Part shown: one piece after another, positions 1-6,290 of the stretch
Numbering within the stretch: position 1 is the stretch's first letter
Layout of the letters: each line of letters starts with the position of its first letter
Origin: Candidatus Methylomirabilis sp.
GTDB lineage: Bacteria; Methylomirabilota; Methylomirabilia; Methylomirabilales; Methylomirabilaceae
Length of the DNA: 6,445 nt
Reading direction: 5' to 3'
Assembly: GCA_041498975.1 (NCBI GenBank)
Contig: JBGQJI010000138.1
Span: 1 to 6,445, forward strand
The notes under the pieces: model-generated
Told to the model about the DNA's origin: nothing
The model's database searches: none
What the model saw: the letters and a program-made list of their open reading frames with translations, nothing else
Program-made: the position numbers and the translations under genes

Positions 1-890
1 GCCTGCTGGTCGGGTGTCATATCTTTGTAGCCGGGTTCGATCGCCCGGGCGTTCTCCTCGACGGTGAGGTTGGGGTTCTTCTCCTTGTTGTCGAGGATCC
101 AGCTCTCTCGAATGCTCACCGTCTCGCTCCGGTACTTCGTGGCAGCCAGCGCATACCCCCAATCCCGGAAGGCCCCTTCTGTGAATTTCATGATGTTGCC
201 CTTGTGAACCATATTCACGGACTTCCGCTTGTGGCGGATGGCGAATTGAATCGCGGCATCGATGAGGCGCTCCGTCCCTTCTCGGCTGATGGGCTTGATC
301 CCGATCGCCGAGGTGTTCGGGAACCGGATCTTCTTCACCCCCATCTCAGTCCGGAGGAAGGCGATGAGTTTCTTCGCCTCCGGCGATTCCGCCTCCCATT
401 CGATCCCGGCGTAGATATCTTCAGTGTTTTCGCGGAAGATCACCATATCGACCAGCTCGGGGTGCTTCACTGGGCTCGGCACGCCGCGGAAATAGCGAAC
501 CGGCCTCAGGCAGACGTAGAGATCCAGCATCTGGCGCAGCGCGACATTCAGGCTTCGAATGCCGCCCCCTACAGGTGTCGTGAGCGGTCCCTTGATCCCC
601 ACCAGGTAGGTGCGGAATGCCTCGACCGTGTCGTCTGGCAACCAGTTATTGAAAGTATTAAACGCCTTTTCCCCGGCATAGACCTCGAACCAGACCATAC
701 GGCGCTTGCCGCCATAGGCCTTTTTCACCGCCGCGTCGAACACGCGAACGGAGGCGCGCCAGATGTCGCGGCCCGTGCCATCACCTTCGATAAAGGGGAT
801 GATCGGATCGTCCGGGACGACCAACTCTCCACCTTTCAAGGTGATCGCGTGTCCGTCTTTTGGTGCCTGAAGCTTCTCTAATCCCTTCAT
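1..890 (-). CDS. icd: NADP-dependent isocitrate dehydrogenase (homodimeric, E. coli-type family), 5' part; runs off the window
   Basis: Manual translation from ATG 890: [44 protein letters not shown]...[35 protein letters not shown]...[16 protein letters not shown]...[19 protein letters not shown]. These are hallmark IDH motifs. It is absent from the ORF track because no stop lies in the window. Confidence 0.97.
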   Translation of the reverse strand, partial: MKGLEKLQAPKDGHAITLKGGELVVPDDPIIPFIEGDGTGRDIWRASVRVFDAAVKKAYGGKRRMVWFEVYAGEKAFNTFNNWLPDDTVEAFRTYLVGIKGPLTTPVGGGIRSLNVALRQMLDLYVCLRPVRYFRGVPSPVKHPELVDMVIFRENTEDIYAGIEWEAESPEAKKLIAFLRTEMGVKKIRFPNTSAIGIKPISREGTERLIDAAIQFAIRHKRKSVNMVHKGNIMKFTEGAFRDWGYALAATKYRSETVSIRESWILDNKEKNPNLTVEENARAIEPGYKDMTPDQQ

Positions 891-894
891 GATC

Positions 895-905
895 AACCTC
901 CCCCC
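895..905 (-). promoter_or_regulatory. Shine-Dalgarno of icd
   Basis: Minus strand reads GGGGGGAGGTTgatcATG, with GGAGG 6 nt before the ATG. Confidence 0.85.
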
Positions 906-1047
906 TCGATCGGTTGTACGCCCTTTTTCTGCGGCATCACCCGCATAGAAAGATGACGCGCATGCGTGGACCTGCAAATACCATATAGGCTATCTATGGG
1001 AAAAACGATGCCTGAAGTCGGCGGAAAGACGTTTGCAGCCGGGTCCT

Positions 1048-1179
1048 TCCAAGGGTTCGCACGGTCCGGATCGTCCCAGGGTACGAACATGAACAATGCG
1101 GCATACGGAGATGCAGTCATGCCCCCTTGGAGTCCGCTCATCCCAGGGAGGCCTTGACCAAGAACCTCCCCTTCTTGAT
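1048..1179 (-). ncRNA. Candidate structured 5' leader or cis-regulatory RNA upstream of icd
   Basis: By-eye helices: 1172-1179/1157-1164, 1124-1131/1048-1055, 1117-1121/1088-1092 and 1081-1087/1056-1062. G-U pairs favour the minus strand. The element begins at the predicted transcription start. No known family was recognised. Confidence 0.35.
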
Positions 1180-1185
1180 GCGCGC

Positions 1186-1215
1186 AAGCTAGCATGTAGC
1201 GCGGACACCTGTCAA
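1186..1215 (-). promoter_or_regulatory. Putative sigma70 promoter for icd and its leader
   Basis: TTGACA (1215-1210), 18-nt spacer, TAGCTT (1191-1186), with an extended -10 TGn. Predicted start near 1179. Confidence 0.6.
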
Positions 1216-1341
1216 GCACTAGTTCCCGGCGGGTGCATCCTGAGTTAGATGCGATCACAGCCATTTGACGAGGCAAACCCGCCTGCGTCCTAGCCTATGA
1301 CAAGCGAGGTTCGAGTTCTATCATCCAGATCAAAAATCCCT

Positions 1342-1355
1342 ATGATCCATGTCAA
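1342..1355. promoter_or_regulatory. FNR/Dnr (CRP-FNR family)-like operator
   Basis: ATGAT-CCAT-GTCAA matches 8 of 10 positions of TTGAT-N4-ATCAA and lies in a locally AT-rich patch. Confidence 0.35.
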
Positions 1356-1543
1356 TATGGCATACAATTTACTCATCCCAGCCGCTTCAAAGGCGACTTG
1401 TCAGCGCAACGCGCAGGCCATCCGGAGACTGTTTGGCATATGCATAAAGGCGCCCGAGTATCCTGGTTGCTCCGTTTTCACTCTCCAAGTCGCGCCGAAC
1501 ACATGGAAATGGCGCCAGAGGATACAAGGGGGAACAGGACGCC

Positions 1544-1575
1544 GCCGTCAAAGACACAGGGGTGCTTTGACCGGC
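1544..1575. repeat. Imperfect inverted repeat / strong hairpin downstream of der
   Basis: GCCGTCAAAG-a-CAC-aggg-GTG-CTTTGAC-c-GGC. No poly-U tract on either side. Confidence 0.55.
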
Positions 1576-1649
1576 AGGCTGAATGAGCGGGACCGCACTA
1601 TCGAAGATATTGGCCCGGACCCGGCCCCTCCGCGCCCCCTGCACCCGAT

Positions 1650-1708
1650 CGGCCCTCCCCGCGCACCCGCGCCTTCTGCGCGGGTACCCGACCTCGAGGG
1701 GCGGGCCG
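1650..1708. repeat. GC-rich nested palindromic element (REP-like candidate)
   Basis: Outer arms CGGCCC-T-CCCC (1650-1660) and GGGG-C-GGGCCG (1698-1708). Inner perfect stem ACCCGCGC (1665-1672)/GCGCGGGT (1678-1685). Palindrome CGGGTACCCG at 1681-1690. Confidence 0.5.
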
Positions 1709-1790
1709 CCGCCCGTCATCGGACTCTCCCGCGGCCTGGGCTCACGCGTCGCCTCATACTCACTCCGCACAGTATGTAGCACCTGGCCGA

Positions 1791-3110
1791 TCACCCCCGC
1801 TTCCCTTTGAAGACCACACGAATCGGTGTGCCAACAAACCGGTACACGTCCCTGAGTTGGTTGACCAGATAGCGCCTGTACGGGACCCGCACGCCGGTTG
1901 GATCGCTGACAAACAGCAGAAAAGTGGGAGGAGGACCCGCGGCCTGCGTGGCATAGTGGAATCGAATCGGCCGTCTGCCATGCGAGGGTGGGGGATACTT
2001 ACGCACCGCCTCGCCGATGAGAGTGTTGATCTCAGGGGTCGGGATTCGTCGGCAGCGTGCTTGCGAGACGGCATTCAGCATTGGGAAGAGCGTCGAGACC
2101 CCGAGCCCCGTCAACGCGGAGACAAACGCGATGGGCGCGTAGTCCAGATGTCTCAGGCGGTCACGGATTTGTAGTGTAAGTTGCTGCTTTGCCTCCGCGC
2201 CTGGTGGCATCAGGTCCCACTTGTTTGCGACGAGAATCGCTCCGCAGCCAGCGTCCTCCACATAGGCGGCGATCTTGGCATCCTGCTCCGCGACCCCCTC
2301 CGGCCCATCTAAGAGGATGATGACCACGTCGCACCGCTGAATGGCCCGCAGCGCCCTGAGCACGCTGAATCGCTCCAGCGGCCATCTGACCTTGCCGCGG
2401 GACCGGAGACCTGCTGTGTCGATCAGGACGTAACTGGTGTCTTTATAGGTGAACGGGGTGTCGATCGCGTCCCTTGTCGTCCCAGGCTGCTCGCTCACGA
2501 TCACCCGATCCTCCCCCAGGATCCGGTTGACCAGCGATGACTTCCCCACATTCGGACGGCCCACCACCGCGACCCGAATGGCGCTCTTTTCCGGCTCATC
2601 CACTGTCGCCGGCAAGGATTCCACGATCAGGTCGGCTAACTCGGCGACTCCCATTCCGTGCTCGGCGGATATCGGAACCACTTGGGAAAATCCCAGGCGA
2701 AAGAACTCAGATGCCGAGAGCTCCTGACCCCCCCGATCGACCTTGTTTGCCACCACGACGATCGGCGCCTGGGCATCTCGTCGCAGCCGCCGGGAGATTT
2801 CCAGATCCAGGGGCGACACCCCCTCGCGGGCATCGACCACGAAGAGGATCAGGGCGGCGTCCTGGATAGCGCGCCGGACCTGGGTGACCACGAGGGCAGC
2901 GAGACCGGTCGCACCGGTCGGCTCGAACCCTCCAGTATCTCCCAGGACGAATGCCCTGCCCTTCCACTGGACCGTCGCGTACAATCGGTCTCTGGTCACG
3001 CCAGGCTCGTCATGGACGATCGCCCTTCGCCCTCCCACCAGCCGATTGAACAGGGTCGACTTCCCCACATTGGGGCGTCCGACGATCGCCACGATAGGAA
3101 GGGACATCAT
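1791..3110 (-). CDS. der: Ribosome biogenesis GTPase Der (EngA)
   Basis: Two tandem G domains (GRPNVGKS...DTGG...NKVD and GRPNVGKS...DTAG...NKWD) and a C-terminal KH-like domain (PPTFLLF...YRRYLVNQLR...FVGTPIR). RBS GAGGA at 3124-3120. The start could be 3110 or 3107. Confidence 0.98.
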   Translation of the reverse strand: MMSLPIVAIVGRPNVGKSTLFNRLVGGRRAIVHDEPGVTRDRLYATVQWKGRAFVLGDTGGFEPTGATGLAALVVTQVRRAIQDAALILFVVDAREGVSPLDLEISRRLRRDAQAPIVVVANKVDRGGQELSASEFFRLGFSQVVPISAEHGMGVAELADLIVESLPATVDEPEKSAIRVAVVGRPNVGKSSLVNRILGEDRVIVSEQPGTTRDAIDTPFTYKDTSYVLIDTAGLRSRGKVRWPLERFSVLRALRAIQRCDVVIILLDGPEGVAEQDAKIAAYVEDAGCGAILVANKWDLMPPGAEAKQQLTLQIRDRLRHLDYAPIAFVSALTGLGVSTLFPMLNAVSQARCRRIPTPEINTLIGEAVRKYPPPSHGRRPIRFHYATQAAGPPPTFLLFVSDPTGVRVPYRRYLVNQLRDVYRFVGTPIRVVFKGKRG

Positions 3111-3174
3111 CGATCAATTTCCTCAGTCACCCGCCCCCTCTGCGCCGGGACCGATTCCTCGAGTCGGTTTCAGG

Positions 3175-3203
3175 TTGCAGAGAAAGGATTTCAGCGGTAG
3201 GCT
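3175..3203 (+). promoter_or_regulatory. Putative sigma70 promoter of the HMA selenoprotein gene
   Basis: TTGCAG (3175-3180), 17-nt spacer, TAGGCT (3198-3203). An inverted repeat TCAGC-N5-GCTGA (3191-3205) overlaps the -10. Confidence 0.45.
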
Positions 3204-3256
3204 GAGATGACGCGTGGTCGCTCGATCGACAGGAGCATCCCGCTGAAGGACCCACG

Positions 3257-3592
3257 ATGAGACTCGCAAACCTCTTTGTCAAGCCGGAAGCGCGGATCCT
3301 CTCCGATCGTGCCCACGCGCCTCAAACACATCGGCGGCGAAAGGTCCTGGAGGTCACAGGAATGCTGTGCGGTCTTTGAGCAGACCGGGTGAGGAGAGCC
3401 CTGGAGGGGCTCGAAGGCGTCACAATGGCCCGAGTTGAGCTGGAAACCGGGCGGGCGGTCGTGGACTACCGCGAAGGGACACTTGTCGACGGCCAAGCGA
3501 TCGAGGCGATTGAGGCCACGGTGGTGCTGCCAGGCCTGCGCCGCTGGCTTGCTATGCTCCCTCGGATGCGGCGGCCCACCGTCAACCGCTGA
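3257..3592 (+). CDS. Heavy-metal-associated (HMA) domain protein, CopZ/MerP-like; probable selenoprotein with a CxxU motif (UGA at 3377-3379 read as Sec41); 111 aa
   Basis: RBS GAAGGA (3245-3250) lies 6 nt before ATG 3257, in frame with the track ORF 3389..3592. Read-through gives MRLANLFVKPEARILSDRAHAPQTHRRRKVLEVTGMLCGL-U-ADRVRRALEGLEGVTMARVELETGRAVVDYREGTLVDGQAIEAIEATVVLPGLRRWLAMLPRMRRPTVNR. This fits the HMA pattern (l.v.GM.CxxC...v..aL..l.GV..a.V.le.g.a.V.y) on both sides of the UGA. Confidence 0.85.
3396..3412 (+). promoter_or_regulatory. Putative bacterial SECIS element
   Basis: Hairpin GAGCCC-UGGAG-GGGCUC (6 Watson-Crick pairs plus a possible U-G). The stem starts 16 nt after the UGA and the G-containing apical loop lies about 22 nt downstream. 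Confidence 0.65.
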
Positions 3593-4112
3593 GACGCTTT
3601 GCGCCCCGCAGAATGTACTCGAGTCCTGAGAAGATCGTCACTCCGGCCGTCACATAGGCCAGCGAGGGCAGGTAAGGCCCCACCCCGCCGGTCACATGGC
3701 CAAGCATCGTCCCCAGCACGGTTGCCAATTGCAATCCGGTTGTGAGCTTTCCCATTCGTGAAACAGAAACCGTCGTCTGGGACGTGGCGATATACACGAC
3801 CAAAAACCCGCCGATCAGGATCAGGTCCCGGCTGAGGATGATGATGAAGAGCCAGCGGGGGATCTCGTGCAGGTAGACCAGGGTCATAAAGGCGGCAAAG
3901 AGGAGCAGCTTATCCGCCAGTGGATCCAGGATCATCCCGAGCTCCGTGCGCTGGGCTCTCGAACGGGCGAAGAACCCGTCCAGGGCATCAGTGATTCCCG
4001 CCAGAAGAAACACCGCCACGGCAAGCCTCCAGAACCTATAGACCAGGAGGATCGAGATCACTGGCGCCGTCAGGATCCTCAAGATCGTGAGCCCATTGGC
4101 GAGATTCACCAT
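3582..4112 (-). CDS. pgsA: CDP-alcohol phosphatidyltransferase (PgsA/phosphatidylglycerophosphate synthase-like)
   Basis: N-terminal NLANGLTILRI, the family signature DALDGFFAR...G..LDPLADK, and several hydrophobic segments. The start is uncertain: 4124, 4112 (ATG), or 4109 (GTG overlapping the hflX stop as GTGA). Exact substrate cannot be determined. Confidence 0.85.
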   Translation of the reverse strand: MVNLANGLTILRILTAPVISILLVYRFWRLAVAVFLLAGITDALDGFFARSRAQRTELGMILDPLADKLLLFAAFMTLVYLHEIPRWLFIIILSRDLILIGGFLVVYIATSQTTVSVSRMGKLTTGLQLATVLGTMLGHVTGGVGPYLPSLAYVTAGVTIFSGLEYILRGAKRLSG

Positions 4113-5371
4113 CGCCAGGTCCATGCCGCAGCCGCTTCCTCAGACGCTCGATCGCCCGCAGGGGCGCCGCCCTCATCTGGTCTCAACTCCTCCTCTCCCT
4201 TTAACCGGCCTTGTCCTTCGGTCGGTATCCGCCCACGTGGCATTCGGCCAGACGCCTGTCCACCAGAGGCCATGAGAACGTGTCGCACGACCTCTCGCAG
4301 TCGGTCGAAGCCGTGGCCCGTAAGGGCAGAGACGGCGACACGTGGTATCGCGCTATCGGTCCCAAGGAACGACCGCTCGACACGGCCGGGCAGGAGATCT
4401 ACCTTGTTGAGGACCTCGATGATCGGCTTGCTGGAAAGGCCAAGCTCTCCCAGGATCGTGTCTACGGTCCGTTTCTGCTCGATCATCTGGGGGTGACTCG
4501 CGTCGATCAGGTGGAGGAGCAGATCGGCCTCGTCCAGCTCCTCGAGGGTGGCCTTGAACGCCGCGACCAATTGCGGAGGAAGTCGCCGGATGAATCCAAC
4601 CGTGTCGGATAACAGAAACGTGAATCCGTCCGGGGCGGTCACCCGGCGCAGGATGGGATCGAGAGTTACAAAAAGCGCGTCGTCCGTCCGGACGTCTGAG
4701 TGCGTGAGAGCATTGAAGAGGGTTGATTTGCCGGCGTTGGTGTACCCGACCAAGGCAACGATCGGGATAGCATGGCGGCGTCGAGGCCGCCTGAGCAGCG
4801 CGCGATGACGGCGGACCTTCGCGAGCTCGTCCCGGACCTTGGCCATGCGCCGGCGGATAGCACGACGGTCGGTCTCCAGTTGGGTTTCGCCCGGGCCCCG
4901 GGTCCCGATCCCGCCACCCAGGCGGGAGAGGTCGGTCCCCCTCCCCACGAGGCGGGGCAGACGGTAATCGAGCTGGGCCAGTTCGACCTGGAGCTGGCCT
5001 TCCCGGGTCTTCGCTCGCTGAGCGAAGATATCCAGGATCAACGAAGGACGGTCAATGGTTTTCCACCCGGTCAGGTCCTCCAGGCTTCGCTGCTGCGAGC
5101 CCGACAGTTCTTCGTCCACCACCACCAGGTCGATTTTCCCGTACCACCGCTCCTTGATCTCCTGAGCCTTTCCTTTCCCGATCAGATAACGCGGGTCTGG
5201 CGCGTCGCGCTCCTGCAAGATCGTTCCCACCACAGTCGCGCCGGCTGATTCTGCCAGACGACCCAACTCGGACAGAGAGTCCTCGGCCTCCCAGCGCGGG
5301 CTGCGCTTCCTGTGGAGCCCTACCAGCAACGCCCGTTCCCCCCCCTCATTCGACACTGCGCTTACGGTCAC
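4106..5371 (-). CDS. hflX: Ribosome-splitting GTPase HflX
   Basis: Motifs ELGRLAESAG, IGKGK, LILDIFAQRAKTREGQLQVELAQL, GGGIGTRGPGETQLETDRR, GYTNAGKST, LFVTLDP, DTVGFI, NKVD and VSA. The start is placed at GTG 5371 after AAGGGGG; GTG 5356 is an alternative and the track start 5422 is probably too far upstream. Confidence 0.96.
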   Translation of the reverse strand: MTVSAVSNEGGERALLVGLHRKRSPRWEAEDSLSELGRLAESAGATVVGTILQERDAPDPRYLIGKGKAQEIKERWYGKIDLVVVDEELSGSQQRSLEDLTGWKTIDRPSLILDIFAQRAKTREGQLQVELAQLDYRLPRLVGRGTDLSRLGGGIGTRGPGETQLETDRRAIRRRMAKVRDELAKVRRHRALLRRPRRRHAIPIVALVGYTNAGKSTLFNALTHSDVRTDDALFVTLDPILRRVTAPDGFTFLLSDTVGFIRRLPPQLVAAFKATLEELDEADLLLHLIDASHPQMIEQKRTVDTILGELGLSSKPIIEVLNKVDLLPGRVERSFLGTDSAIPRVAVSALTGHGFDRLREVVRHVLMASGGQASGRMPRGRIPTEGQGRLKGEEELRPDEGGAPAGDRASEEAAAAWTWRW

Positions 5372-6290
5372 TTTCCCCCTTTCGGCTTTCAAGGGCTTCT
5401 CGCCAGGCTCGGGCCCGCGCAAACTGTCGGGAGAGTCCCTCGCCGTCTCCGGCGCTGATCATCGCGCCGAGACGGCCAAGGGCGACCTGAAACCGCTCGA
5501 TCATCTCGAGGATCTTTCGGCGGTTGGCGAGACAGATGTCCCGCCACATGACCGGATGGCTCATGGCCACCCGCGTGAAATCTCTCAGGCCGCCTGCCGC
5601 GAATTCCTGCAGCTCCTCGCCGTCAGTCAGATCGAGGATCGCGCCCATCAGCGCGTAGGCGACGATGTGCGGCAGGTGGCTGACCGCAGCGAAGATCTCG
5701 TCATGTCGGTCCGCGCTCATCTCCAGCACCTCCGACCCGATCGCTTTCCACAGGGCGCGTACCCGTTCAACGGCGGCTGGATCGGTGGATCCGCCTGGGG
5801 TGAGGACGCACTTCGCACCGATAAACAGCTCGGCGGAGGCTGCGCTGGGCCCCGACCGCTCCCGTCCTGCAATTGGATGGCCCGGGACCGCGTTTCCGCT
5901 CGGCAGCAGTCGCTCCATTGCGGTCGCCACCGGCACCTTGACGCTTCCCACGTCCGTGACAACGGCGCCTGGCGCCAGATGGGGGGCGATCCGCTCGATC
6001 ATGGAGGAAATCGCGCCGACCGGCACGGCGAGAACGACCATATCAGCTCCCTCAACCGCAGCGACCGCGTCGGGAAAGGCCAGATCGACAAGGCCCAATG
6101 CAACGGCATGCGCGCAGTGGTCCGGGTCTTGGTCGGCCCCTCGGATCTCTTTCGCCAGGCGGCGGGCCCGGCAGGCGAGCCCCACGCTTCCGCCGATCAG
6201 GCCCAGACCGAGAATGGCGAGGCGCTGAAAAAGGGGGAGCGAAGGTGGCGCTGCAGCGTGCGGCGGCGCCGGCGTGGACCGAAAGGTCAC
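5346..6290 (-). CDS. tyrA: Prephenate/cyclohexadienyl dehydrogenase (TyrA family, no ACT domain)
   Basis: Rossmann motif GLGLIGGS, plus [26 protein letters not shown] and [10 protein letters not shown]. The GTG start overlaps the upstream stop (GTGA). Confidence 0.95.
   Translation of the reverse strand: MTFRSTPAPPHAAAPPSLPLFQRLAILGLGLIGGSVGLACRARRLAKEIRGADQDPDHCAHAVALGLVDLAFPDAVAAVEGADMVVLAVPVGAISSMIERIAPHLAPGAVVTDVGSVKVPVATAMERLLPSGNAVPGHPIAGRERSGPSAASAELFIGAKCVLTPGGSTDPAAVERVRALWKAIGSEVLEMSADRHDEIFAAVSHLPHIVAYALMGAILDLTDGEELQEFAAGGLRDFTRVAMSHPVMWRDICLANRRKILEMIERFQVALGRLGAMISAGDGEGLSRQFARARAWREALESRKGESDRKRSVE

Noticed and set aside
204..881. 225-aa plus-strand ORF
   Set aside because: Antisense shadow of icd, with no recognisable motifs.
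893..1276. 127-aa minus-strand ORF ending 2 nt before the icd ATG
   Set aside because: No recognisable domain, a TTG start, and it crosses the predicted promoter and structured leader. A shorter version from the ATG near 1141 cannot be fully excluded.
1265..1296. TTGACG-N20-TAGCCT with an internal dyad (MerR-like promoter), and GGCAAACC resembling a c-di-GMP-I riboswitch start
   Set aside because: No credible plus-strand gene downstream, since the ATG at 1297 abuts the -10. The GAAA loop and GACGCAAAG elements of c-di-GMP-I are missing.
1358..1373. Sigma54-like TGGCAT-N5-TTACT
   Set aside because: Lacks the conserved GC at -12 and has no supported target gene.
1297..1779. 160-aa plus-strand ORF
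   Set aside because: No RBS or domain, and its P/R-rich composition is explained by the GC-rich palindromes.
1387..1790. RNase P, SRP, tmRNA, tRNA or group II intron in the der-icd gap
   Set aside because: Only a partial resemblance (GGAGAGTCCG versus RNase P GAGGAAAGUCC). The diagnostic conserved motifs of each class were not found.
3377..3379. TGA as a true stop (HMA pseudogene) or an alternative genetic code
   Set aside because: The exact position at the second Cys, the intact frame on both sides and the downstream hairpin favour Sec. Neighbouring genes use TGA as a normal stop, which excludes global reassignment. A nonsense mutation remains formally possible.
3191..3496. 101-aa minus-strand ORF that would keep the operon on one strand
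   Set aside because: No recognisable motifs, whereas the opposite strand has a clear HMA signature, an RBS and a SECIS-like stem.
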